In this document: positions 31,999-42,112 of the stretch, piece after piece | How the letters are laid out: each line of letters starts with the position of its first letter | Position numbering within the stretch: position 1 is the first letter of the stretch | NCBI GenBank assembly: GCA_965227515.1 | Contig: CBDDFZ010000001.1 | Coordinates: 1,088,001-1,152,000 of the forward strand | DNA: 64,000 bases | From: Alphaproteobacteria bacterium | GTDB taxonomy: Bacteria > Pseudomonadota > Alphaproteobacteria > CALKHQ01 | Direction: 5' to 3' | Made by a program: the position numbers and the translations under genes | The notes under the pieces: generated by a model | The model's database searches: none | Seen by the model: the letters and a program-made list of their open reading frames with translations, nothing else | Told to the model about the DNA's origin: nothing

Positions 31999-32886
31999 CT
32001 AGATGCCGAGGCAGCCGCCCTCGGTCCACTCGCGCAGGCTGGCGCGCAGGTCCTCGGTCAGCCGGCCGTCGATCGCACCGCGGTAGTAGCCGAACTCGCG
32101 CAACGCGCCCTGGAGCTGCCCCAGCGAGAAAGCCCCGAATTCCGCCGCGCGCAGCCGGTCGGTCATCGCAACCTCGACGAATCCGAGCTTGCACCAGGCA
32201 TTGGCGCGATTGTTGTACGCCTCGCCCACACGCGGCGCGATGTCGATGGCGCGGTCGTAGTCGTCGATCGCTTCCTGGTAGCGGCGCATGTCATAGAACA
32301 TGCGGCCCCGATTGATGAGGGCCATGGGGTTGCGCGGATCGAGCCGGATGGCGGCATCGTAGTCGCGGATCGCATCCTCGCGCGCACCCAGATTGGCATT
32401 GGCGATGCCCCGGTTCAGGTACGCGCCGGCCATCGTCGGCGAGATCGCGATCGTGCGGTCGAAGTCCGCCACCGCGTGCTCGAACTGGTCGAGCCTGATG
32501 TGCGCGATGCCGCGGTTGAAATAGGCGGTCGGCTCGTCCGCGTCCAAGTCGATGGCGACGGTGCAGTCGTTGACCGCGTCCTGGTAGCGGCCGATCTCGA
32601 TATAGGCCAGGCAGCGGTTGTTGTAGGCGGCGGCGCGCTGGGCCGGCGCCCACCGTTCCAGGTTGATGCCCTCGGTGCAGGCGGCGATGCGCGCGGTCCA
32701 GTCCATGTTGGCGGACGCGCCGAGCAGGCAGTCCTCGGCCGACGTGCCGGCACTATCGGCCGCCTGTGCCCGCGTGTGTCCGGGTGCCGCGGCCAGGGCC
32801 AGCAGGCCCGCGACCAGCAGCGCCGCCAGCCGGCGACCAGGGGCGGGGAATCGGACGTTCGACAGGGTCATTCGAAGCACGTGCAT
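31999..32886 (-). CDS. Exported TPR protein with C-terminal peptidoglycan-binding domain
   Basis: Signal peptide, 34-aa repeats (AYNNR/AYFNRG/AYLNRG/ALINRG), tail LQGALREFGYYRGAIDG. Confidence 0.85.
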   Translation of the reverse strand: MHVLRMTLSNVRFPAPGRRLAALLVAGLLALAAAPGHTRAQAADSAGTSAEDCLLGASANMDWTARIAACTEGINLERWAPAQRAAAYNNRCLAYIEIGRYQDAVNDCTVAIDLDADEPTAYFNRGIAHIRLDQFEHAVADFDRTIAISPTMAGAYLNRGIANANLGAREDAIRDYDAAIRLDPRNPMALINRGRMFYDMRRYQEAIDDYDRAIDIAPRVGEAYNNRANAWCKLGFVEVAMTDRLRAAEFGAFSLGQLQGALREFGYYRGAIDGRLTEDLRASLREWTEGGCLGI

Positions 32887-33136
32887 GCGGGCGCCACTGT
32901 TGGTGGATTGCCACCTGTTGCACCACAGATACCTGCAAGAGTTGGTTAACGGCCGGAAGGCGCGCTCCGGGTTCAAGGATCGCGAACTTGCGAGAACACC
33001 GCCAACGAAAATTTTATCGGCCCCACAGCTTGCCTCTTGAGCGGTTTGGAGCACATGGTACCCCTCATGCCGCCTACGGGGGCACATACGCAACAGGCCT
33101 CAACATCACAGAAATGGAAATTACGGGGAGAGAGCA

Positions 33137-34054
33137 ATGCACTTCTTGAAGTTGTCGGCGACCGCCGCCGCCGTTCTCGCGGCGAGTAACGCGCTGGCGT
33201 TTGCGGCGGACGCACCGGGCCCGCTGGTCGACGCACAGTGGCTGTCCGATCATCTGGACGATGCCCAGGTACAGATCATCGATCTGCGCGGCGGCGACGA
33301 GAACCCCTACGCTGCCGGCCACATTCCGGGCGCCATCAGCGCGCCGTACGGCAGCAGCGGATGGCGGGCGCAGATGGACGGCGTCATCGGCATGTTGCCG
33401 CCGGTGGCCGATCTGGAGGCTCTGATCGGCGGCCTGGGCATCGACAACGACACCCATGTGGTGCTGGTGCCGTTCGGCGAGAACACCTCCGACTTCGGGG
33501 CCGCCACCCGCGTCTATTGGACCTTCAACGTGCTGGGGCACGAGGCGGTCTCGATCCTGGACGGCGGCCACGCCGGCTGGGTCTCGGCGGGGCTGGCACT
33601 GGAGACCGAGGCGGCGACGCCGGAGGCGGCGACCTTCGTGGCCGATCTGCAGGAGGACATGCTGGTCAGCGACGAGGACATCGCTGCGGCCATGGCCGAC
33701 GGCGTGACCCTGATCGATGCGCGCCCGCAGGAGCAGTTCATCGGCGACGCGGCGCACCCGCAGGCCTCCCGCCCCGGCACGATCCCGGGCTCCATCAACT
33801 TCCCGCACAGCGTGGCGTTCGGCGATGGCGGCAACGCGGTGCAACCGGCCGACACGTTGAACCAGCTCTACAACCTGGCGGCTCCGGCCGCCGCGCCGGA
33901 GGGCCCGGCGATCGCGTTCTGCAACACCGGCCACTGGGCCTCGGTCGCGTGGTTCGTCGGCAGCGAGGTGATGGGCCGCGACGTGCAGATGTACGACGCC
34001 TCCATGGTCGGCTGGACCGCCAATCCCGACAACCCGGTGGTGAACGGCGAGTAA
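33137..34054 (+). CDS. Exported tandem-rhodanese sulfurtransferase
   Basis: Signal peptide, GHIPGA, LDGG, IDARP, GTIPGS, FCNTGHWAS, YDASM. Confidence 0.92.
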   Translation: MHFLKLSATAAAVLAASNALAFAADAPGPLVDAQWLSDHLDDAQVQIIDLRGGDENPYAAGHIPGAISAPYGSSGWRAQMDGVIGMLPPVADLEALIGGLGIDNDTHVVLVPFGENTSDFGAATRVYWTFNVLGHEAVSILDGGHAGWVSAGLALETEAATPEAATFVADLQEDMLVSDEDIAAAMADGVTLIDARPQEQFIGDAAHPQASRPGTIPGSINFPHSVAFGDGGNAVQPADTLNQLYNLAAPAAAPEGPAIAFCNTGHWASVAWFVGSEVMGRDVQMYDASMVGWTANPDNPVVNGE

Positions 34055-34077
34055 GTCCGAATCCGGCCGGGCATGCG

Positions 34078-34110
34078 ACGGGCGCCGTCCCCAGCGGCGC
34101 CCGTTTCTTT
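34078..34110 (+). terminator. Intrinsic terminator
   Basis: ACGGGCGCCG/CGGCGCCCGT plus TTCTTT. Confidence 0.75.
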
Positions 34111-34281
34111 ACCTTCGTGACGTCTTGACCTGGACAAATAGGTGATAGCTCACGTCTCGTCGAATTGGGGTTGATTTGATTCAAATATTGTTTGACAATT
34201 GTGTCTGCGAAAGAACTTCTCGCTGCATACAATTGTGCACTGTATGTCGGTATACGATAAATAGAAATATTGGAGATCGAT

Positions 34282-34935
34282 ATGGAATCAATTACCCGGG
34301 CATTCGCTAGATTTGTTGAGCGAGATACGTTTTATATAATTGGCGGTCTAAGCGTCTTGTGGTCGATAGGTCTAATTTTTGGACACGATTTTTTGTCTGA
34401 TACGAGTCGAGGGGCGGGCTTTGAAGATCCGTTTCTTTCTCTAAGCACAGCCACCATCCTGATTCTTGTTGTAATAAGTTACGTCTTAGCAATCTGTATA
34501 CAGGTGATATTTGGATTGACGCCGATTGTAAACACTGGGCTATATTATAAGAAAAATAGATTCTTAAAATTCTGGTATGAAAAAGAAACAAGAAAGAATT
34601 GGCCAATTATCGAAGATGACACAAATTTGGATGATATTTACTATGAATATCATGAAACAATTGACAAAGATAAGCGAGCTGCTTTTGATCGCCAGGCGTC
34701 ACTTAAGCATATCGGCCATACAGTTGGGAGTTGTTGGATGGTTACATCTATAATTGTATTTTTCTATTCATGGAAATATTCGAATCAAGATTATGTTCTG
34801 GTGGGTGCAATCATTTTTGCTCTATCTGTGATACTTATTCTTGAAGGATGGATTAAAGGTATTCAAATTTCTGTTCAGTTGGCCGCATGGAAGAAGCGTC
34901 AAAGCGAGCGAATTTCTACTACGTCAATTGAATGA
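34282..34935 (+). CDS. AT-rich hypothetical membrane protein (2+2 TM)
   Basis: Long ORF in AT-rich DNA, GGAG RBS, four hydrophobic segments. Confidence 0.8.
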   Translation: MESITRAFARFVERDTFYIIGGLSVLWSIGLIFGHDFLSDTSRGAGFEDPFLSLSTATILILVVISYVLAICIQVIFGLTPIVNTGLYYKKNRFLKFWYEKETRKNWPIIEDDTNLDDIYYEYHETIDKDKRAAFDRQASLKHIGHTVGSCWMVTSIIVFFYSWKYSNQDYVLVGAIIFALSVILILEGWIKGIQISVQLAAWKKRQSERISTTSIE

Positions 34936-35111
34936 GCCAAGTGTAGAGTTCCTTTTAGTTTCCAAGGAAATTTTTCATGAATTTCCAGAGCGTTTCAATA
35001 AATCAATGTGCGAAATTTTTTTTGAGGTAAGCTGACACAAACGGTCCGTTTTTCCGGGGCGCGAATTTCCGGTATTGGCAATCTAGCCTAACTAGTCATA
35101 CTTGGGTCGGA

Positions 35112-35885
35112 ATGATGCCAGACTTCATCGAAAGGTTTTCACTCACCGGGCAGCGGGCGTTGGTGACCGGTGCGTCCAAGGGCATCGGGGCGGAGATCTG
35201 CAAGGTGCTGGCAGACGCCGGCGCCGACATCGTGGCGGTGGCGCGCGACGAGGCCGGGCTGGAGGAGGCGCGCACGGCGGCCGAGGCGGCGGGCCGCGAA
35301 TGCCTGCCGGTGGTCGCCGACCTGACCACCATCGACGGGCCGCAGCGCGCCGCCCAGCGGGCGCTCGACCACTTCGGCACCATCGACATCCTGGTCAACA
35401 ACGCCGGCACCACGACCACCGACTCCATCCTGGACACCAAGATGGAGGACTGGGACCGGATCATGGCGGTCAACACGCGCGCGCCGTTCCTGCTGATCCA
35501 GGCGCTGGGGCCGCAGATGATCGCGCAGAAGCGCGGCAAGATCGTCAACGTCACCTCGCAGACCAGTGCCGTCGCGCTGGAGGATCACGCCGTCTACGCC
35601 GGCTCCAAGCATGCGCTGAACGCGATCACCAAGTGCGTGACGGCGGAGTGGGCGCGCCACAACATCCAGTGCAACGCGGTGCTGCCCACCGTGATCCTGA
35701 CCCCGATGGGCGAGAAGGTGTGGGGCGACCTGGCCAAGGGCGACCCGATGAAGGCTAAAATCCCGGCCGGCCGCTTCGGCACCGTCACCGAGGTCGCCGA
35801 CCTGGTGCTGTTCCTGTCGTCGCGGGCGTCCGACATGATCAACGGCAGCCTGGTGTTCCTGGACGGCGGCTACACGTCGCTGTAG
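35112..35885 (+). CDS. SDR oxidoreductase (sugar/polyol reductase-like)
   Basis: TGASKGIG, LVNNAG, YAGSK, PTVILTPMG. Confidence 0.93.
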   Translation: MMPDFIERFSLTGQRALVTGASKGIGAEICKVLADAGADIVAVARDEAGLEEARTAAEAAGRECLPVVADLTTIDGPQRAAQRALDHFGTIDILVNNAGTTTTDSILDTKMEDWDRIMAVNTRAPFLLIQALGPQMIAQKRGKIVNVTSQTSAVALEDHAVYAGSKHALNAITKCVTAEWARHNIQCNAVLPTVILTPMGEKVWGDLAKGDPMKAKIPAGRFGTVTEVADLVLFLSSRASDMINGSLVFLDGGYTSL

Positions 35886-35890
35886 GGCGC

Positions 35891-35979
35891 ATTATTACGG
35901 TGACAGTTTACTTAAATCTCGAAGGTTTATGGGTCGGACCAAACTCGGTTGGAATTAAGTAAACTGTCACCGTAATAAT
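35891..35979. repeat. 25-bp perfect inverted repeat with 39-nt spacer
   Basis: ATTATTACGGTGACAGTTTACTTAA (35891-35915) / TTAAGTAAACTGTCACCGTAATAAT (35955-35979). Confidence 0.92.
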
Positions 35980-36111
35980 TTCTATGCCGCAACGTCATGT
36001 CGCAGTCAAATGCGGCACCGCGTCGCTTGTGGACCGTTAAAGCACCCGCAAAATAAAGCGGAAGAAAGCACGCGCTGATTAACTGGCGCGGCATTGCGGG
36101 GAGGCAGGACG

Positions 36112-36498
36112 ATGACGGTCACCGACCTCGAATACACCAACGATAACCAGGACGCCGACATGCGCCAAGACATCCCCGGCACCACGATCTTCGACGGTCG
36201 CCAGGCGATGAAGGGCTATGCGCTGAACAAGATGTGCTACTCGTTCAACAGCGCCGAGAACCGGGCCGAATATCTGGCCGACCCGGAAGCGTACTTCGAC
36301 AAGTACGGCCTGAACGAGACCCAGAAACAGGCCTGCCGCGACAAGAACGTGCTGGCGATGATCGAGGCCGGCGGCAACATCTACTACCTCGCCAAGTTCG
36401 CCGGCATCTACAAGCTCGGCGTGCAGGATGTCGGCGCGCAGCAGACCGGCATGTCCGTCGACGCGTTCAAGGAGAAACTCAGAAGGGCGGGAGACTGA
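36112..36498 (+). CDS. ligA: Protocatechuate 4,5-dioxygenase alpha subunit
   Basis: DIPGTTIFDG, KGYALNKMC, GGNIYYLAK, TGMS. Confidence 0.9.
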   Translation: MTVTDLEYTNDNQDADMRQDIPGTTIFDGRQAMKGYALNKMCYSFNSAENRAEYLADPEAYFDKYGLNETQKQACRDKNVLAMIEAGGNIYYLAKFAGIYKLGVQDVGAQQTGMSVDAFKEKLRRAGD

Positions 36499-36500
36499 CC

Positions 36501-37349
36501 ATGGCTGTCATTCTAGGCGGGCTCACCACGTCGCACATTCCGGCCATCGGCAACGCCATCCACAACCAGCTCTACGACGACCCGTACTGGAAGCCGTTCT
36601 TCGACGGTTATCCGCCGATCCGCGAATGGCTGGGCGACCACAAGCCCGACGTGGCGGTGAACATCTACAACGACCACGGGCTCGGCTTCTTCCTCGACAA
36701 GATGCCGACATTCGCCATCGGTGCCGCGCACGAATACGTCAACCAGGACGAGGGCTGGGGCATCCCGCAGCTGCCGCCCTTCCCCGGCGACCCGGAGCTG
36801 TCGTGGCACATCATCGAAAGCATGGTCGAGGACCATTTCGACATCACCTCGTGCCAGGAACTGGCGGTCGACCACGGTTTCACCGTGCCGATGCAGCTGT
36901 TCTGGCCCGGCGCGCCGAACAACCCGGACATGCCGCGCACGGTGCCGATCAGCGCCAACACGGTGCAGCACCCGATCCCGACGCTGGCGCGCGCGTTCGC
37001 GTTCGGCAAGGCGCTCAGGAAGGCGCTGCTCTCCTACCCCAAGGACATCAAAATCGTGGTCATGGGCACCGGCGGCCTGTCGCATCAGCTCGACGGCGCG
37101 CGGGCCGGCTTCATCAACAAGGACTTCGACCGCATGTGCATGGAAAAGATCGTGACCGACCCTGAGTCGCTGACCACGATCTCCAGGCGCGAACTGGTTC
37201 GCCAGGCCGGATCACAGGGCACGGAATTCCTGATGTGGCTGATGATGCGCGGTGCGCTGGGGGATGAGGTGGTGCCGCTGTCGCAGCACTACCACATACC
37301 GATTTCCAACACCGCTGCCGGCACCATGTTGTTGGCGTGCGCGGCCTGA
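36501..37349 (+). CDS. ligB: Protocatechuate 4,5-dioxygenase beta subunit
   Basis: TSHIPAIG, YNDH, VDHG, GTGGLSHQL, MWLMMRGAL, YHIPISNT. Confidence 0.93.
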   Translation: MAVILGGLTTSHIPAIGNAIHNQLYDDPYWKPFFDGYPPIREWLGDHKPDVAVNIYNDHGLGFFLDKMPTFAIGAAHEYVNQDEGWGIPQLPPFPGDPELSWHIIESMVEDHFDITSCQELAVDHGFTVPMQLFWPGAPNNPDMPRTVPISANTVQHPIPTLARAFAFGKALRKALLSYPKDIKIVVMGTGGLSHQLDGARAGFINKDFDRMCMEKIVTDPESLTTISRRELVRQAGSQGTEFLMWLMMRGALGDEVVPLSQHYHIPISNTAAGTMLLACAA

Positions 37350-37361
37350 GGGTTCGACGGG

Positions 37362-38223
37362 CTACTCCCGCGCCTCTTGCCGGCCCCAAACCGCCTCGGC
37401 AAACGCCCGGTCGGCCAGGGCGGTGGTCAACTCGTCGATCAGGGTGCGCGCCGCATCGATAGCGTGCGGGTGGGCACTGGCTGTAAGCAGCCTGGGCAGC
37501 ATGCTGTTCATCAGTGGCCAGAACGGATGCAGCAGGCCGCTCGGTTGTCGCGCCGCGTGCAGCAGGGTGTGCACGGTGGCGGCCATGCCGGGCGAGATGC
37601 CGCCGGCCGCATTGGCGATTCAGCGCCGCGACCTCGGCTGGCGCCAATGCGGGATGGCGCATCAGTTCGGGCGCGATGGAAATGGCATCGCCATTGGCGG
37701 TGGGCCAGTAGTCGGCCGCAACCACATCCCACAGCAGGTATTCGCCAGATGCCGTGTTGCGCGCCGTACCGAACACCAGCGCCGGATCGGCCTCGGTCTC
37801 GGGTTGCATGGCATGGGCCAGAACCAGGTAGACGCCGCCGTCGGGTGCGCGCGCCGGCACACCCTGGCTGTCCAGCCATGCCAGCATTGGCGCATCGTCG
37901 CCGCAGCCGGCACCGATCGGGCGGCGTCCGGGCAACGCGGGGTCCGGGCCACGCGCGCCCGTGATGGCGCCGTGCCACGCCGCCTGCTGCCACGACAATG
38001 CGTCGATGGGGGAAATGGCCGTGTCGGGGTTGAACAGCACGGCAGCGCCGTGGACCCTGCCGCTCCCGTCCCTGAGCAGGGGTGCCGCGCTGGCACCCGA
38101 TGCCGTGCCGGGAGCATCTTCCTCCCGGTCCGTATCGTTCACCGAGCTTGCGGCCAAATGCGGCGAGGCGGGGTTTTTGACATGGGATTTCCACGGGCTG
38201 CAACGATGGGGGATGCGCGCCAT
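37362..38223 (-). pseudogene. Hypothetical gene interrupted by a probable one-base insertion near 37620
   Basis: Upstream frame looks coding to ...AEVAAL, then turns Arg-rich; removing one base gives ...AALIANAAGGISPGMAATV... to stop at 37362. Confidence 0.55.
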
Positions 38224-38496
38224 AGGTTCCTACGTGGCTAGTTTGTTCGTGTATGGTTCATGATTAATACCACACAATGTATGTATACGTATGCTAGAAT
38301 ACATAGTCAACAAATTCTCACCATGAGGGTGTTGCTATTCGGGCGCAGAGGGGTGGCGGTTGTTGCACGGGGTGTGGGCCGGGACTATCGTGGCCGCCGG
38401 CCGGCACGCGACGGGGCGGTGGCACGGACCTGAATACCCAATTCCGGGCACGGCTGCCGGGAATGGCGGGAATCAAAGGGGCAACCCAGAGGGCAT

Positions 38497-41292
38497 ATGT
38501 CAGCAGCGCGCGAGCCGGAAAGTTCTAGAGACGGCGCGGCACCCGGCCGCGTCCACCTGGTCGACGGGTCCGGCTACATCTTCCGGGCCTATCACGCCCT
38601 GCCGCCGATGAACCGGCCGGACGGTACGCCGACAAACGCGGTGTTCGGCTTCACCAACATGCTGTTGAAGCTGATCGAGGACCTGGCGCTGGACGAGGAG
38701 TCCGGCAACGAGGCGCTGGTGGTGGTGTTCGATGCCGCCAAGGTCAGCTTCCGCAACGACATCTACGCCGACTACAAGGCGCACCGGCCGGACCCGCCGG
38801 AGGATCTGATCCCGCAGTTCGCGCTGATCCGCGAGGCGACGCGCGCGCTGAACGTGCCGTGCATCGAGATGCAGGGCTACGAGGCCGACGACATTATCGC
38901 GACCTACGCGGAGCAGGCTGTGGCCGATGGCGCCGACGTGGTGATCGTGTCGTCCGACAAGGACCTGATGCAGCTCGTCGGCAATCACGTCTCGATGCTG
39001 GACCCGATGAAGAACCGGCCCATCGGCCCGGCCGAGGTGGTGGAGAAGTTCGGCGTCGGCCCCGACCGCGTGGTCGACGTTCAGGCGCTGGCCGGCGACA
39101 GCGTCGACAATGTGCCGGGCGTTCCCGGCATCGGGGTCAAGACCGCCGCCCAGTTGATCGGCGAGTATGGCGACCTGGAAACCCTGTTGGAGCGGGCCGG
39201 CGAGATCAAGCAGCCGAAGCGGCGCGAGAACCTGATCGAGCACGCGGAGATGGCCCGTATCAGCCGGCGGCTGGTGGAGCTGGACCGCGCGGTGCCGGTG
39301 GAGCTGCCGCTGTCGGCGCTGAAGGTGAAGGCGCCCGATCCCGAGGTGATGATGGGCTTCCTGCGCGAGAACGACTTCAAGCGCAGCATCGCCCGCGCAG
39401 AGGCGCTGTTCGGGCTGGAAGGCGACGGCGGCGAGGTTTCGGCCGCCACGGTGACGCCCGACGAGGTCGCCTATGAGCTTGTCGACACCGAGGAGGCGCT
39501 GGACCACTGGATCGCAGACGCGATGGCCGCCGGCATCGTCGGTTTCGACACCGAGACGACCGGGCTCGACCCGATGCAGGCCGATCTGGTCGGCGTGTCG
39601 CTGTCGGTGGCGGCCGGGCGCGCCTGCTACATTCCGCTGGGCCATCGTGCGCCGGGCGACCTGGAGGCGCCGCCCACCCAGATCGCCATGGACGCAGCAC
39701 TCGCCAAGCTGAAGCCGATGCTGGAATCGCCGGGTGTCCTGAAGGTCGCGCACAACATCAAGTACGACATGCAGATCATGGCCCAGCGTGGCATCCAGGT
39801 CGGCCCGTTCGACGACACCATGCTGATCTCGTACGTGCTGGATGCCGGCGCCCACGGCCATGGGCTGGACGAGCTGGCCGAACTCCACCTCGACCACACC
39901 AACATCAAGTTCTCCGAGGTCGCCGGCAGCGGCAAGGCGCAGGTGACGTTCGACCGGGTGCCGCTGGACAAGGCCCGCGACTACGCGGCCGAGGACGCCG
40001 ACATCTGCCTGCGCCTGCACGGGCTGTTGAAGCGTCGCCTGCTGGAGGACCGGTTGGTCACCGTCTACGAGACGCTGGAGCGGCCGCTGGCGCCGGTGCT
40101 GGTGGCGATGGAGGGCGAGGGCATCAAGGTCGACCGCGCCGAACTCGCCCGCCTCAGCATGCACTTCGCCGAGCGGATGGCCGAGCTGGAAGGCGAGATC
40201 CACAAGCTGGCCGGCCACCCGTTCAATGTCGGCTCGCCGAAGCAGCTCGGCGAGGTGCTGTTCGACGAGATGGGCCTGAAGGGCGGCAAGAAGGGCAAGA
40301 CCGGCGCGTACTCCACGTCTGCTGACGTGCTGGAGGGCCTGGCGGCCGAGGGTCATGACCTGCCGGTGAAGGTGGTGGCGTGGCGCCAGGTCTCCAAGCT
40401 GAAGAGCACCTATTCCGATGCGCTGCAGGACGAGATCAACCCGAACACCGGCCGCGTGCACACGTCTTACGGCATGGCCATCGCGTCGACCGGCCGGCTC
40501 AGCTCCACCGATCCGAACTTGCAGAACATCCCTGTGCGCACCGAAGAGGGCCGCCAGATCCGCAAGGCCTTCGTGGCCGAGGACGGCCACAAGCTGGTCA
40601 GCCTCGACTACTCGCAGATCGAGCTGCGCCTGCTCGCCCACGTCGCCGATATCGCGGCGCTGAAGCAGGCGTTCCAGGACGGCCAGGACATCCACGCCAT
40701 GACCGCCAGCCAGGTGTTCGGCGTGCCGCTGGCCGACATGGACGCCGCCACCCGCCGCAACGCCAAGGCGATCAACTTCGGCATCATCTACGGCATCTCC
40801 GCCTTCGGGCTGGCGCGCAACCTGGGCATCCCGCAGGGCGAGGCCAAGGCCTATATCGAGGCCTATTTCGAGCGCTATCCCGGCATCCGCGACTACATGG
40901 AGGAGATGAAGGCGTACTGCCGCAAGCACGGCCATGTGCGCACCATCTTCGGCCGGCGCATCAACATCCCCGGCATCGCCGACAAGAACCCGGCCAGGCG
41001 CGGGTTTGGCGAGCGCCAGGCGATCAACGCGCCGTTGCAAGGGGCCGCGGCCGACATCATCAAGCGGGCGATGCGCCGGGTGCCGGCGGCGATGGCGGAC
41101 GCCAAGCTGACCGGCCGCATGCTGCTGCAGGTGCACGACGAACTGCTGTTCGAGGTGCCCGACGCGGAGGTCGACGCCACCATCGAGGCCGTGCGCGAGG
41201 TGATGCAGTCGGCGCCGTCCCCGGTATTGGACCTCGCCGTCCCGCTGGTGGTCGAGGCCGGCGTCGCGCGGAACTGGGCCGACGCGCACTAA
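38497..41292 (+). CDS. polA: DNA polymerase I
   Basis: LVDGSGYIFRAYHA, GDSVDNVPG, FDTETTGL, TGRLSSTDPNLQNIP, DYSQIELR, QVHDEL. Confidence 0.99.
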   Translation: MSAAREPESSRDGAAPGRVHLVDGSGYIFRAYHALPPMNRPDGTPTNAVFGFTNMLLKLIEDLALDEESGNEALVVVFDAAKVSFRNDIYADYKAHRPDPPEDLIPQFALIREATRALNVPCIEMQGYEADDIIATYAEQAVADGADVVIVSSDKDLMQLVGNHVSMLDPMKNRPIGPAEVVEKFGVGPDRVVDVQALAGDSVDNVPGVPGIGVKTAAQLIGEYGDLETLLERAGEIKQPKRRENLIEHAEMARISRRLVELDRAVPVELPLSALKVKAPDPEVMMGFLRENDFKRSIARAEALFGLEGDGGEVSAATVTPDEVAYELVDTEEALDHWIADAMAAGIVGFDTETTGLDPMQADLVGVSLSVAAGRACYIPLGHRAPGDLEAPPTQIAMDAALAKLKPMLESPGVLKVAHNIKYDMQIMAQRGIQVGPFDDTMLISYVLDAGAHGHGLDELAELHLDHTNIKFSEVAGSGKAQVTFDRVPLDKARDYAAEDADICLRLHGLLKRRLLEDRLVTVYETLERPLAPVLVAMEGEGIKVDRAELARLSMHFAERMAELEGEIHKLAGHPFNVGSPKQLGEVLFDEMGLKGGKKGKTGAYSTSADVLEGLAAEGHDLPVKVVAWRQVSKLKSTYSDALQDEINPNTGRVHTSYGMAIASTGRLSSTDPNLQNIPVRTEEGRQIRKAFVAEDGHKLVSLDYSQIELRLLAHVADIAALKQAFQDGQDIHAMTASQVFGVPLADMDAATRRNAKAINFGIIYGISAFGLARNLGIPQGEAKAYIEAYFERYPGIRDYMEEMKAYCRKHGHVRTIFGRRINIPGIADKNPARRGFGERQAINAPLQGAAADIIKRAMRRVPAAMADAKLTGRMLLQVHDELLFEVPDAEVDATIEAVREVMQSAPSPVLDLAVPLVVEAGVARNWADAH

Positions 41293-42112
41293 GGCCTGTT
41301 GAGATTCAGGATTCCTCTCCGTGCTTGGTTGTGATTCAAGCTTCGGATGGAACGATTCGTACTGAGTGACGCCCAATGGGCGAAGATGGAACCCCATTGC
41401 TTGGGCAAGCCGAGCGATCCGGGCCGCAGTGGCGCTGACAACCGGCGCTTTGTCGAAGCCGTGCTGTGGGTGGTGCGTACGGGCAGCCCGTGGCGTGATC
41501 TCCCGACATCTTTTGGCCCTTGGAACACGGTCTTTAAGCGATACCGCGACTGGGTCAAAGCAGACGTCTTCGTGCGGCTGTTCGAGGCCTGCTTGGACGA
41601 GCCGGACATGGAATACGCCATGGTTGATGCCACCATTGTCAAGGTGCACCGCCACGGCCAGGGCGCAAAAGGGGGACTCAAAGCCAGGCCATCGGCCGCT
41701 CCAAGGGCGGGATGACGACGAAGATCCTCGCGCTGTGTGATGCGCTTGGCAATCTGGTGCGTTTCGTGCTCCTGCCCGGCCATCGCTACGATACGGTTGG
41801 CGTGCCGCCGCTCATCGACGGACTCTCCTTCAAGGCGATGATCGCGGACAAAGCGTTCGACACCAGCGCCATCGTTGCTGACCTCAACGAGCGCGGTGCC
41901 AAGATCGTCATATCCCAGCATCCGCGCCGCGCCAGCCCGCTGCAAATCGACGCCGAGATGTACAAATGGCGTCATCTGATCGAAAACTTCTTCTGCAAAC
42001 TCAAAGAGTTCAAGCGAATCGCCATGCGTGCAGACAAAACCGACACAAGCTTCAACGCCATCATCCATCTCGCAGCAGCTGTCATAAACTCGCGATGAAT
42101 CTCAACAGGCCC
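41292..42112 (+). mobile_element. IS5-family insertion sequence (two-ORF, IS427-like), about 820 bp
   Basis: 16-bp TIR GGCCTGTTGAGATTCA / TGAATCTCAACAGGCC, TA on both flanks (41290-41291, 42113-42114). Confidence 0.93.
41347..42098 (+). CDS. IS5-family transposase, OrfA (41347-41715) plus OrfB (to 42098) joined by -1 frameshift
   Basis: WRDLP..FGPWNTVF.RY, MVDAT, slippery AAAAGGGGG at 41667-41675, then GRSKGG.TTK, ADKAFD, YKWRHLIENFF. Confidence 0.9.

Noticed and set aside
34171-34184. FNR-like box TTGAT-N4-TTCAA
   Set aside because: One mismatch within AT-rich DNA, so a chance match is likely
38500-41655. 1051-aa minus-strand ORF, and similar long antisense ORFs such as 47050-49992, 8917-10587, 25970-27844 and 59192-61351
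   Set aside because: Antisense shadows of high-GC genes (polA, rsh, guaB, GMC, the large exported protein), with no motifs of their own
41289-42068. 259-aa minus-strand ORF over the IS
   Set aside because: Shadow of the IS5 transposase frames
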